Origin: a virus | Length of the DNA: 64,000 nt | Direction: 5' to 3' (one strand) | IMG/VR virus record: IMGVR_UViG_3300046779_001269 | Location: 1 to 64,000 of that record | Shown here: positions 54,653 through 64,000 of the stretch, piece by piece | How the letters are laid out: every line of letters begins with the position of its first letter | Numbering within the stretch: the stretch's first letter is position 1 | The notes under the pieces: model-generated | What the model was told of the DNA's origin: nothing | The model's input: the letters and a program-made list of their open reading frames with translations, nothing else | The model's database searches: none | Program-made: the position numbers and the translations under genes

Positions 54653-55303
54653 TTATTTCAATTCACTCATTATACTTGAACCATATGTGGTTGCAAGCTT
54701 TTTAATCAAATTATTTTTCAAATCTTCCAGACTTCCATTATTGTCGATGGTGTGGTCAATTCGGCCACCAACCCAACTCCATTCTGAAGGATGTATTCCA
54801 GATTTGTTCATAAAATCAATTGCTTTCAAGTCACCACGATGTGCCCTAGATGCAACATCATACCAATGTGGTTTAACACCTCTTTGTATTTCAATTAGGC
54901 AACCATTCATGTTATGTACAAATTCAATTTCATTTCGAAAACGAACATCCGTAATAACAAAATTTTCTTTTGGATTTTGTTCGATGTATTTTTTTAGTTT
55001 GATGACCCAAAAGTCATGGTGAAATACATTTCTACCAACTTCTGTGCCCATTAATTGTAGTGCTAGTCTTGGTGTGAATTCACGACCAAACTCTTTAGTC
55101 CAAAATGCATCTGGTTGTTCACGCCATTCACGGGATTTTTCTGTGTCACCTTCTAACAAGTGACGAGGCCAATCGAACATTTCAGCAGCAACATCCTTAA
55201 CACCTTTGGCAAAAGACACAGGAGTAAATCCCATGTCTTTTAGAATGTCACCTGCGGTGCCTTTACCTGAACCGATGAATCCAAGTAAACCAACAATCAT
55301 CAC
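54653..55303 (-). CDS. deoxynucleoside monophosphate kinase (gp1-like)
   Basis: G.IGSGK, LQ.MGTE..R, ITDVRF.NE, H.SE. Confidence 0.88.
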   Translation of the reverse strand: MMIVGLLGFIGSGKGTAGDILKDMGFTPVSFAKGVKDVAAEMFDWPRHLLEGDTEKSREWREQPDAFWTKEFGREFTPRLALQLMGTEVGRNVFHHDFWVIKLKKYIEQNPKENFVITDVRFRNEIEFVHNMNGCLIEIQRGVKPHWYDVASRAHRGDLKAIDFMNKSGIHPSEWSWVGGRIDHTIDNNGSLEDLKNNLIKKLATTYGSSIMSELK

Positions 55304-56109
55304 ATTTCTCCAACGTAATTCGCTACTGCTGGCATGTCACCACGGAAGTGATATGTGCCGATGTGGTCTGCTTTCATCCATGGACACAACCAGATTTTAC
55401 CACCAATGTTTCTCCACCATTGGCAGAACATATAATCTTCTGAAAGATATCGTTCAGAAACTTTGTCAATAACAGTATCAAAGTATGCGTGAATGTATCT
55501 TGTGCCGTCAAAGTTTGCTTGACCAACATGGTCTGGTTTGTAACGAAGTTCTGGATATGCCTTCTCAAATGCACCAAAAACTTCACGCTTGACCAACATG
55601 TAACCTGTACCAATTTCCATAACTTCTAGTGGTTCAGTTACAGAGAATTGTGCGGTGCCTTTAACTGGATTAAACACATAGTCACCAGTTACAGTTTCCA
55701 ATTTTTGTGGATCAATGTCTGGATTCTTTTCTAGAGCACGCTTAACTGATTTCCACTTAATTGCTTTCTTGGGATATGGACCACCGATGATATCTTTGTC
55801 GAGAGCCAACAAAGCGATTACATCTTGTGGATTAAAATGAATGTCGGAATCTAGGAACAAAAGATGTGTACAATCCGAACGGTGCAAGAATTCATCCACA
55901 AGGTAATTTCTTGCACGAGTAATTAGTGATTCGTTAAATAGAAACGAAAATTTAACTGAGATGCCATACTGCATACACAGTGCTTGTAAGTCCAAACATG
56001 CCTTAGCATATAGGCCGTGATTTTGTCCGCCATACATTGGCGTAGCTACAAATAGACTTTTCTTTTGTAGTTCTTCTTTTTTTACCGATATTTCCATTTT
56101 TTTCTCCAA
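55300..56109 (-). CDS. GT-A fold glycosyltransferase-like protein
   Basis: ATPMYGG, NESLITRARN, LLFLDSDI, YLSEDY.FC. Confidence 0.65.
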   Translation of the reverse strand: MEKKMEISVKKEELQKKSLFVATPMYGGQNHGLYAKACLDLQALCMQYGISVKFSFLFNESLITRARNYLVDEFLHRSDCTHLLFLDSDIHFNPQDVIALLALDKDIIGGPYPKKAIKWKSVKRALEKNPDIDPQKLETVTGDYVFNPVKGTAQFSVTEPLEVMEIGTGYMLVKREVFGAFEKAYPELRYKPDHVGQANFDGTRYIHAYFDTVIDKVSERYLSEDYMFCQWWRNIGGKIWLCPWMKADHIGTYHFRGDMPAVANYVGEM

Positions 56110-56119
56110 TGTATAAACG

Positions 56120-56155
56120 AAAAAAGAGGAGTACCGCTAAAAAACGGTCTCCTCT
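56120..56155 (-). terminator. intrinsic terminator
   Basis: AGAGGAG-ACCG...CGGT-A-CTCCTCT-TTTTT. Confidence 0.75.
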
Positions 56156-56173
56156 AATTTTGATGCTTAGTGA

Positions 56174-56440
56174 TTAAGCAATTTTATGTCCTGCTGACAA
56201 TGCTGCACGAACCATTGCTTTGGTTGGCTTACCCAAGCGGTAAGAAGCAACTTTAGAACCATCACCACGAGTTTTGGTGTTAGTATAGATGACATGGCCT
56301 TCTTGGCGCAATTCATCAATACGGGCAGACACGTTGGTAATACCAAATCGTGATTGTGCCTGAGCGACTGTCAAGGTGTTGTAACCTTCTGTCTTGCTCA
56401 AATAGTTCAAAATCTTTTGTTTAGCGGATACTTTAGTCAT
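56174..56440 (-). CDS. winged helix-turn-helix DNA-binding protein
   Basis: KILNYL...LT...A...FGI..VSARI.ELR..G..I; monocistronic between promoter and terminator. Confidence 0.75.
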   Translation of the reverse strand: MTKVSAKQKILNYLSKTEGYNTLTVAQAQSRFGITNVSARIDELRQEGHVIYTNTKTRGDGSKVASYRLGKPTKAMVRAALSAGHKIA

Positions 56441-56493
56441 ATCAATCTCCAATAACGAGTTAAAAATAAAATCTTGCTTGTGCAAGTGTCACT

Positions 56494-56522
56494 ATTATAC
56501 TATTATATAGTGACCTTGTCAA
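56494..56522 (-). promoter_or_regulatory. sigma70 promoter
   Basis: TTGACA, 17 bp, TATAAT. Confidence 0.75.
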
Positions 56523-56539
56523 GCATCTTTGTGGTAATC

Positions 56540-57595
56540 TTATATTTTATTACCATGAATATCTACCACACCAAACTCCTTTGGATTACCATTGTCGAGT
56601 GGATTAGGTGATATATCTTGTGCCAAGAAACCCTTGAATTTCAATGGATGTACTGCGAGAATATCATTCAAAGATACCTTGAAACCCAGTTTTTTAAGTA
56701 TAAACTGAATCTCTTTACAATCTTCTAAGATAAATTCATCAAATTTTAATTTCCATTCTTCACGTTGTGAGTAAATTGCAGGAGCTTCTTTTGGATTATC
56801 TTTAATCCAAGCATAAATCTCCACATCTTTACCACCATATGCTCTAGATAATTTCTTAGCATCATACAATGTGGTCTTTGGTGTTTTAATACCTGTAATA
56901 TAACCCAATTTACCTGTTTGTGCTAGACGAGCATCACCACCAAAAGGTATGTTGTGTTGTTCAGCAAATTCAATTGTTGAACGGTCACCACCATCAGTGT
57001 GGTAATTTCTAATTGTAGAAGATGTTGAGATGTGTTCTCTAAATTTCTTAAAAATTTGAGTCTGTACTTTTTTGGTTTTGTCTGAAGCTAAAATTGAAAT
57101 CAGATTTTTGATGTCTGTATCATCATTTCTAATTTCATTATTGGCAACAGATTCTTTTACCTGTTTAACAATGTCCAAAACGGTGTTTGGTAAAGAGGGA
57201 GTTCTGTGGTGATTTGATGTGGTGCGGTGAATACGCTCGTCCAAAGGTGAATCAAATTCAAGCACATCATAAATCATTGTTTCCCAACCTAATTGTTCGG
57301 CTGCTGCCTCACGATGGTAACCAGATAAACCAACGAAACGATCCTTATTGTTCGGATCAATTTTAATTGTTGGTGGACTACATGTATAAATGTAACCGTT
57401 TACTGAAAGAGAATCTCTCAAATCAGGAACACTGGATAAAACAACATCAAGTTGCCTTGGGTTGTTGGTTGGTGGATAAGAAACGACACCGTTTTTACCA
57501 CGCTTTAATACCACACGTTTTTTAAAGGTAACACCTTTTGGGTATTTTGGTGGTGATTGTTTTAAAGACTCTTGAACATCTAATAATGTTTTCAT
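56540..57595 (-). CDS. ParB/Srx-like N-terminal domain protein
   Basis: NPRQ...L.DSL...G...PP....LSGYHR..AA. Confidence 0.55.
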   Translation of the reverse strand: MKTLLDVQESLKQSPPKYPKGVTFKKRVVLKRGKNGVVSYPPTNNPRQLDVVLSSVPDLRDSLSVNGYIYTCSPPTIKIDPNNKDRFVGLSGYHREAAAEQLGWETMIYDVLEFDSPLDERIHRTTSNHHRTPSLPNTVLDIVKQVKESVANNEIRNDDTDIKNLISILASDKTKKVQTQIFKKFREHISTSSTIRNYHTDGGDRSTIEFAEQHNIPFGGDARLAQTGKLGYITGIKTPKTTLYDAKKLSRAYGGKDVEIYAWIKDNPKEAPAIYSQREEWKLKFDEFILEDCKEIQFILKKLGFKVSLNDILAVHPLKFKGFLAQDISPNPLDNGNPKEFGVVDIHGNKI

Positions 57596-57667
57596 GTAAC
57601 ACTCCTTATACTCGGAAACTTTCCGATAAGTTAAATAAAACACACAATCTACTGACTGTATGCAGAT

Positions 57668-58939
57668 TTATCTACCAACTTGTGGTAAATATTTTGCCTT
57701 TGTTTCTTCCCATGTTAAGAAAATTAAGTCATCATAGAATAGTGATTCATATGAAACATTATTTTTCTTTTTCAACATAGAAATGCGACCTTTGGCATAT
57801 TTGGTTTTCCAAATCTCCGTTAAGGCCTCAACACTGGTATCAAAGGACTTCACCAGTTTGTCTTCCGTTATTTCTTTACGAAGAAATTCCGGTGTATTAT
57901 TATATAGTGGAGAAAAGTATATTCCTCGTTGATGAGCACACTTTACCAATTCTTTTGGTATCTTCAACTTACTATATGCAAAGTGTAGTGTGCGATTTTT
58001 GTGGTCACGCTTGTATGGTAGACCATTGGGTTTCTTGGCCTCCCACCATTCAAAGTAATGGCGAGTGTGATTCTCTTTTACCCAATTGTATATTTTGTTG
58101 AGTATATCACGGTTAGGGTCAAAAGCCACTGAGCCACTACTAAATCCCATTTTAGTCCAGTGTTCGAGTCCATCATACTGAGATAACCCATTGGACTTTG
58201 TATTACCATATAAAGAAGTAGTAGTAACGCCAACAAGAATGTTATCATATTGTCTTCTCCAATCTTCCTGAACTGTGTCAGATAAACATAACAACGCCAA
58301 CAACTTACCACCCATGTAATTAAAACCGAGTGGTTGTAGTGGCACAATCGTAGAACCAATTGCAGTATGGTTAATCATATTGCCTGTTGTTTTAATATCT
58401 TTAGGCCAACCAATAAACTTATCTCTAGGTGTCAAATCCAAAAAGTCTGAACTGATACAGATAACACCCAAGAATTTACCAGTAACTTCATCTAGTACAG
58501 TGTAGAATAAATTTCGTCCAATATTGGAGTTGTTCTTCATTGTAGATGAGAATGTACGCAATGTATTCCATTTTTCTGCCAATGGTCCATTAGACAAAAT
58601 CATCTTTGGTTTCAAATTGGCATAGTCATCTGGTGATTGTGGCATCCAAATGTTATCTTTAATATCTGCAATTACTTTTTCCGTTGTCAAATCAACCAAC
58701 TGTGTTTCATTACCGAATAAGGTGGTAATCTCACGAGTAGGAAACTTTTCGTGTACCTCACACCATTTTTGGTACAAGGTATACTCACGAACATCCATCT
58801 GTGATTTGATTGTCAGGTCTGCAATAATTTCCTGACGCAATTGTTCCGTATCAATGTGTTCAAATCGCTCTGGTTCATTTCCAATCTGCCAGAGTCTCCA
58901 TTGTTCATCAATATCAGGGATTTGTTTTTTGGTTGACAT
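57668..58939 (-). CDS. DUF4338/DruA-like protein (paralog 2)
   Basis: IVPLQPLGFNYMGGKLLA, TTSLYG, SQYDG shared with 31842..32948. Confidence 0.6.
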   Translation of the reverse strand: MSTKKQIPDIDEQWRLWQIGNEPERFEHIDTEQLRQEIIADLTIKSQMDVREYTLYQKWCEVHEKFPTREITTLFGNETQLVDLTTEKVIADIKDNIWMPQSPDDYANLKPKMILSNGPLAEKWNTLRTFSSTMKNNSNIGRNLFYTVLDEVTGKFLGVICISSDFLDLTPRDKFIGWPKDIKTTGNMINHTAIGSTIVPLQPLGFNYMGGKLLALLCLSDTVQEDWRRQYDNILVGVTTTSLYGNTKSNGLSQYDGLEHWTKMGFSSGSVAFDPNRDILNKIYNWVKENHTRHYFEWWEAKKPNGLPYKRDHKNRTLHFAYSKLKIPKELVKCAHQRGIYFSPLYNNTPEFLRKEITEDKLVKSFDTSVEALTEIWKTKYAKGRISMLKKKNNVSYESLFYDDLIFLTWEETKAKYLPQVGR

Positions 58940-59558
58940 TCTGTATTTGTTGCTTCATAAATTTTGGATTAAAGTATTTTTTATACATTTTCTCCACTTT
59001 TTTCATACCAGACTTTAATGCAAGTGGTTTACAACGAGTAGTATACACTATTCCGTTCAAATGGTCAAGCTCATGTTGGAATACCCTGGCGGTTAAACCG
59101 TGGTATTCTGCCTGACGCACTTGGCCTGTGAAGTCCTGGTATTCCACTTTAATTTTTGCCGGTCTGGTAATGGCAAGAGTCAATAGTGGGAATGAAACAC
59201 AATTCTCTTTCATGTGTGCTTCGCCTTCGGAAGAAATAATTTTTGGATTGAAATAGGCAACATAATTTTCTTCACTGCCCATAACAAATACACGGTAATT
59301 AAAACCGCATTGAATGGCTGATAGACCTAGACCCTTATATTTTTTCAACGATTCTACCATAGTTGACGCAAATTCATTTGGATCAACTGGTGGATTTGCA
59401 AAGTCAAACTCTGGTGCAACTTGACTGAAGTTTTCTTCAGTTGGTGGTGCAAGAGGAAATGTTTTTACTTCCTTTTCTTCAACGGTCGTAAGTTTCTTTG
59501 TATCGTATAGAACAATTTTATCTTCATCTATATCTGTAATATCATTTTGTGTATTCAT
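58914..59558 (-). CDS. def: peptide deformylase
   Basis: GLGLSAIQ, ENCVS (EGCLS variant), QHELDH. Confidence 0.88.
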   Translation of the reverse strand: MNTQNDITDIDEDKIVLYDTKKLTTVEEKEVKTFPLAPPTEENFSQVAPEFDFANPPVDPNEFASTMVESLKKYKGLGLSAIQCGFNYRVFVMGSEENYVAYFNPKIISSEGEAHMKENCVSFPLLTLAITRPAKIKVEYQDFTGQVRQAEYHGLTARVFQHELDHLNGIVYTTRCKPLALKSGMKKVEKMYKKYFNPKFMKQQIQNVNQKTNP

Positions 59559-61273
59559 TTTGCAATCCTACTAAAGTTTCCTTTTTTCTCAAACTTAATG
59601 ACCGAACGGAACTTATCGAACAGCTGGTCGCCTTTGTGGGAAATAACAAACACATTCGTATCAGTTCCCATTTCATTAATCAATTTCAAAAATTCTTCTG
59701 TGCCTACTGTGTCTAGTGATGAATCAAACACTTCATCCAAAATCAATAGGTTTGTATTAGTACTATTCTTTAACTTTGCAATCTGTCTCCATGTGAATAG
59801 GAGTGCCAAGTCAATACGCATCTTCTCACCTTCGGAGAAATTGGCATAAGAGAACTCATCACGGTGTCTACTCTTAATTGTTTCTTCAAAGTTTTCGTTG
59901 ATATTGAAGTTAACAAAAAAGTCCATGGCAGATAAATACTTGTTTATCAATTTGTTCATAATTGGTAGATACTGTTTAATAATTCTGGACTTAATACCAC
60001 CATCTTTCAACAATGTACCGGCATACTCCAAATACTGTTTCTCTACCAATAATGTTTGATATCCTTGTTCGCTTTGTTCTAGTGCTTTTTTCAGCGTTGT
60101 TAATCGCTCATTATCTTGCACACTGGTCTCCACTTTAGTGGAGAGTTCCGCAATTTCTTCATTCAACTTTGTAACATAATCATTGATTGCAGAGATTGTG
60201 GCATTATTCTTTGTAATCTCACTTTGATGATCCGTAATATGTTCCAATAGTTTGGTTAACTTATCAATCTCATTGTTGACCTTTGTGAGCTCTGCCTCAA
60301 CTTCTTCAAGATTCTTTTTCTGTGTGCCAATTTTATCATTCTTTTCTTGTACTTGAGTTGACTTCCATTCTTCTGTAATGGCTTGTTTACAGGTAGGACA
60401 GTCATGGTTTGTTTCATAAAATTCAATATCTTTCTCATGTCGTTTGATATTGGTCTGAATCTTGCCTTGGACTTGGAATAAACCTTTAGACTTCTTATCT
60501 AACTTACTCTTATTGTCACCAACTTTACTTTGTAAAACAACAATATGTTTGTTGATAAGTGAGTTGTCATCGTTTAATTTAGTTGACTGTATCTTAGAGG
60601 TGGCAATCTGTTCAACCTTCTTAGCAATCTCCGCATCATTATGCTTCTTGTGTTCTTCAATAGACTCCAATTGCATTTTGATTTTTTCTTCGAGCAAAGT
60701 TATATCATATTTGACCTTGGTCAAACTATCTTTATTGCTTGAGAGTTTGTCTTTGACGCCACTATGCATAGTGGAAAAGATTTGAATGTCCAATAAGTCC
60801 TCAATGATTGCTCTGCGGTCAGCAGCAGACAATTGCATAAAAGGAACAAAGGATGCTGAACCAAGGATGACAACCTGCGTGAAGGACTTGTAATTTAATT
60901 TGAGGATGTTTTCCTCTAGTACCTTTTGGTAGTCTTTCGCAGCTGCATCCTGGTTCAGCAGAACATTGTTGCAGTAAATCTCAAACTTATTTGGTTTGAT
61001 ACCACGAACAATCTTGTATTTTTTAGTACCAATTTCAAACTCTACCTCAACCAAACAATCTTTTTGATTGATAGAATTTATCAGTTGTGGTTTATTTATC
61101 TTCCGAAACGGTTTACCGAATAATGCAAAGCACAATGCATCCAAAACTGTGGATTTGCCAGCACCATTCTGACCAATAATTAATGTATTGGTTGATTTGG
61201 TAAAATTAATTTCAGTGAAATGTGCTCCGGTGGAGATAAAGTTTTTCCACCTTACTTTTTGAAATAAAATCAT
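59555..61273 (-). CDS. 46: recombination endonuclease ATPase subunit (gp46, Rad50-like)
   Basis: GQNGAGKS, CPTC hook, FSEGE, LDEVFD. Confidence 0.95.
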   Translation of the reverse strand: MILFQKVRWKNFISTGAHFTEINFTKSTNTLIIGQNGAGKSTVLDALCFALFGKPFRKINKPQLINSINQKDCLVEVEFEIGTKKYKIVRGIKPNKFEIYCNNVLLNQDAAAKDYQKVLEENILKLNYKSFTQVVILGSASFVPFMQLSAADRRAIIEDLLDIQIFSTMHSGVKDKLSSNKDSLTKVKYDITLLEEKIKMQLESIEEHKKHNDAEIAKKVEQIATSKIQSTKLNDDNSLINKHIVVLQSKVGDNKSKLDKKSKGLFQVQGKIQTNIKRHEKDIEFYETNHDCPTCKQAITEEWKSTQVQEKNDKIGTQKKNLEEVEAELTKVNNEIDKLTKLLEHITDHQSEITKNNATISAINDYVTKLNEEIAELSTKVETSVQDNERLTTLKKALEQSEQGYQTLLVEKQYLEYAGTLLKDGGIKSRIIKQYLPIMNKLINKYLSAMDFFVNFNINENFEETIKSRHRDEFSYANFSEGEKMRIDLALLFTWRQIAKLKNSTNTNLLILDEVFDSSLDTVGTEEFLKLINEMGTDTNVFVISHKGDQLFDKFRSVIKFEKKGNFSRIAK

Positions 61274-62346
61274 GTTTCAGTATTCAATGCCTCTACGTAG
61301 AGTTCTTTCAATAATGTTTTCAACTTAGTATTATCTATGTTTTCTTCTGTGATGCCATCAACATATTTGTTTAGAATAGTAATGGTATCTTCTGCTTGGT
61401 CAACATCATCATCAGTAATGTCAGCCAACTCAGTAAAATCTTCAGCAATAGTAATGTCTGCTGGGTTTACATTATACAAGTTATTCATAAACTTGTCAAA
61501 CAAATATGGATTGGTTTTATTCAATACAACCACTTTGACATAGGTATTGGCATATGGTTTCAAATCTTTGCCATCAATCTCTTTGATTGTTTCTGCCTTG
61601 TCATCATAGATGATTCGGTGAAACATCACGTTGGGATTTTGTACAAAGGTAAGGTCCCCGTTATCCAAATCAAATAAATGGAAACCACGAGGGTCGTTAT
61701 AATCCTGCCAAGTAAGTTCGTATGGGTTACCAAGGTAGTGTACACCATCAATACTAGACTTGTGATGATAATGACCACTAAATGTAGCGGCAAATTTACG
61801 AAATATTGCACGGTCTAATCCTTCTTGTGATTGCATACCACGATGCATGGCGAAACCAGATATCTCCAAGTGACCCATACAAATGGTTGCTGAAGTATTT
61901 TTAATTTCTTCCATCGAACGTTCATAGTTTTCGGCACAAATCCAAGGTAACATACAAACATCGGCAGTTGTGTTTGCATAATCCAAGTGTATTGTCTGTG
62001 GCGTATCAATAACATTGATGTTATCGTATTCACGCAATACCAAATCAATGGAGTTTACATCGTTGGTATTCTTAAAGTATGTGTCATGGTTACCAGCCAA
62101 CATGTGAACTGTGATGTTCATATTGGCCAGTTTATCAAAGAACATTTCTTTGGAACGCTTGAGTGTGTAGAAGTTCATATACTTCCTACGGTCAAACGTA
62201 TCACCGAGAATCAACAATGTAGTAATCTTTTCTTCCACCAATTTGGGAAAGAAAGTTTCAGTGTAGAACTTCTCGTAATAATCTAAGAACTGTGGTGAAT
62301 CGTTGCGAGCACCAAAGTGTTGGTCAGTTATAATTGCTATTTTCAT
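61270..62346 (-). CDS. 47: recombination endonuclease nuclease subunit (gp47, Mre11-like)
   Basis: TDQHFG, GDTFD, GNHD, SGHYH. Confidence 0.95.
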   Translation of the reverse strand: MKIAIITDQHFGARNDSPQFLDYYEKFYTETFFPKLVEEKITTLLILGDTFDRRKYMNFYTLKRSKEMFFDKLANMNITVHMLAGNHDTYFKNTNDVNSIDLVLREYDNINVIDTPQTIHLDYANTTADVCMLPWICAENYERSMEEIKNTSATICMGHLEISGFAMHRGMQSQEGLDRAIFRKFAATFSGHYHHKSSIDGVHYLGNPYELTWQDYNDPRGFHLFDLDNGDLTFVQNPNVMFHRIIYDDKAETIKEIDGKDLKPYANTYVKVVVLNKTNPYLFDKFMNNLYNVNPADITIAEDFTELADITDDDVDQAEDTITILNKYVDGITEENIDNTKLKTLLKELYVEALNTET

Positions 62347-62361
62347 AAAACTATTATAACA

Positions 62362-62913
62362 TTATTCCATGAATTTTTCAATGCCTTCAGGCTTCTTTGC
62401 CGATTTTGCGTCTTTCTTTGCCTGTTTGGCACCTTCATAGTTCTCAATAAACTCTGCAATGTTATCATACAATGCAAATTGGTTCGTTGTACCATCTTCA
62501 CCTTCTAACATTTCAAACTCATCCAGAATACCAATCTGTTCTGTGGCTTTATACTTCACATACAGTTGTTTCTTTTCTTTCTGTATGCGTCTTAGAAAGG
62601 CGTAGTAAATGATTTGTGTGAAGTATGCAAATGGATTCTTTGACTTGGTAGGATCAAAGTTGTTAAAGTACATCAAACAGTTTTCGATACCATCCGAAAT
62701 CATTTCATCACGGTAAGTATAGTTAATAAAGTTTGGCTTGTGTGATAGACCTTCGGCAATTTTCATCCAACATTCACCGATGTAATTCGGTATCTTGGGT
62801 TCTGGTTTGCCGTTCTTCTTTGCCTCTTCGCAGGCAGACTTGTAATCTACCAGAGCTTTGAGAAAGTCTGCATTATTAACATATTCTTTGGGTTTTTTAG
62901 TCGGTTGGTTCAT
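62362..62913 (-). CDS. 55: late sigma factor (gp55)
   Basis: YVNN..F, IAEGLS..PNF.NY, NPFAYFTQI...AF.RRI.KE. Confidence 0.95.
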   Translation of the reverse strand: MNQPTKKPKEYVNNADFLKALVDYKSACEEAKKNGKPEPKIPNYIGECWMKIAEGLSHKPNFINYTYRDEMISDGIENCLMYFNNFDPTKSKNPFAYFTQIIYYAFLRRIQKEKKQLYVKYKATEQIGILDEFEMLEGEDGTTNQFALYDNIAEFIENYEGAKQAKKDAKSAKKPEGIEKFME

Positions 62914-62996
62914 AATTTATTCAAGTTTACCATAAAAAGTTGTTGACAAAGGGCTTGACATGTGATACAGTCCACGGTGTAGCCCGGTTGATGATG

Positions 62997-63374
62997 TTAA
63001 TGGAATTTAATTCCTTTATTATCTTCTAGTTCAGCTAAGGCCTCCATCATATCTTGGATATCTTCCTTATCTTTCTCTTTAGATTCTTTCAAAGCTTTAT
63101 TCATTTGCTTTACGGCATTAGTATAATATTCTTCGAAATCTTCATTCGGTTCCATAGTGCAAAGTATCTCAGAGTTTTTAATAACTACTGATTTTTCTTT
63201 CATAATGGCTAATGGTAACCAATGCTCCATCACAAGGTTTTGGTTACGCAATTCAAACATCATTGGATTGGTAAGTTCCACTTCACCATTGGGTTGGTCA
63301 CCCATATCATGTTTATAGAAAACATTACTGATAACATCCAAACCGTCTTTGAATCTTACAATTTTAACTGTCAT
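62997..63374 (-). CDS. hypothetical Sm-like protein
   Basis: KIVRFKDG.DVI pattern; position between uvsW and 55. Confidence 0.6.
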   Translation of the reverse strand: MTVKIVRFKDGLDVISNVFYKHDMGDQPNGEVELTNPMMFELRNQNLVMEHWLPLAIMKEKSVVIKNSEILCTMEPNEDFEEYYTNAVKQMNKALKESKEKDKEDIQDMMEALAELEDNKGIKFH

Positions 63375-64000
63375 TTTTTAAGTCCTATATTGTAAATTTT
63401 AAAAGTGAACTTCTCCTCAGTATATATCTTTACTCTTTCCACGAAGTGACGCAATGTAAAGTTCATGTGTTTTTTGTGTCTGAGGTCGTCTGCGATATCG
63501 TAGAGTGTTGCAACTTCTTTGCCTTCCGATTTGCGAAGACCTCGTCCAATAGATTGAAGATTGCGAACTCGTGACTTTGACGGAGATGCGAAAACAATAT
63601 TATGCAAGTTGCGAATATTAATTCCAGTAGAATAAGTGCCATAAGAAGCCACAATAATTGCGTCATTTTCCTTTTCCATGATTGCACGAACCTTTTCTCG
63701 GTCTTCAGTGTCCACGCCTCCGTGGACGAAATAAACATTTCTGCCGTTAAGTTTTTCGGCAGTATTAATCATATCATACAATACAGTACCATGTTTTTCT
63801 ACTTGTTGGAACAATACCAGTGAGTTTTTATCCATACTCAATGCCAAATTGCGTATGAATTTATTGCGAGATTCGCATTTAATCAGGTATTCCATTTCTT
63901 CCTGATATGTCCATTTGGTACTATCTTCACAAACATCATCAGGATGTTTCAATATCAGACACTTGATATCAAATGCTGTTACTTTACCTTGTTCAATAAG
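63371..64000 (-). CDS. uvsW: DNA helicase UvsW, C-terminal part (5' end outside window)
   Basis: STGINI.NLH, QSIGRGLR, YDIADD. Confidence 0.92.
   Translation of the reverse strand, partial: LIEQGKVTAFDIKCLILKHPDDVCEDSTKWTYQEEMEYLIKCESRNKFIRNLALSMDKNSLVLFQQVEKHGTVLYDMINTAEKLNGRNVYFVHGGVDTEDREKVRAIMEKENDAIIVASYGTYSTGINIRNLHNIVFASPSKSRVRNLQSIGRGLRKSEGKEVATLYDIADDLRHKKHMNFTLRHFVERVKIYTEEKFTFKIYNIGLKK

Noticed and set aside
548-63823. Numerous plus-strand ORFs in the track (e.g. 2770..3147, 14326..14823, 19276..19716, 50702..51169)
   Set aside because: They are antisense shadows of well-supported minus-strand genes, with no motifs; only 39758-41306 is a credible plus-strand unit.
1-64000. Stop-codon reassignment
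   Set aside because: Core genes are full length in code 11, all three stop codons are used, and no suppressor tRNA was found.

Overview
64 kb of a large, AT-rich T4-like (Tevenvirinae/Kyanoviridae-style) myovirus genome, almost entirely on the minus strand. The host is Gram-negative (Rz/Rz1 spanins, GH19 endolysin). The window holds: the T4 replication/recombination/late-transcription core (uvsW, 55, 47, 46, 1, 45, dsbA, 44, 62, regA, 43, uvsX, 40, 41, 61, rnh); nucleotide metabolism (nrdA, nrdB, thioredoxin, thyX, dCMP deaminase, MazG-like genes); a lysis cassette; a block of putative internal head proteins with T4-type capsid-targeting N-termini; an 8-gene glycan biosynthesis cluster; and auxiliary genes (Hsp20, GroES, peptide deformylase, rubrerythrin/rubredoxin, S11 peptidase). 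A ~6 kb RNA island (41.8-47.8 kb) carries 29 tRNAs, plus one more at 49.8 kb; together they cover all 20 amino acids. The island also holds tRNA-like oddities, an ~870-nt GOLLD-like RNA and many structured spacer RNAs. The top observation sits at the head of the tRNA array: a promoter, then an unannotated 38-codon leader ORF using all 20 amino acids and 31 different codons, then mutually exclusive antiterminator/terminator hairpins. This looks like a ribosome-stalling attenuator that samples most of the host tRNA pool and switches on phage tRNA transcription. All assignments come from reading motifs by eye; no searches or folding programs were run.
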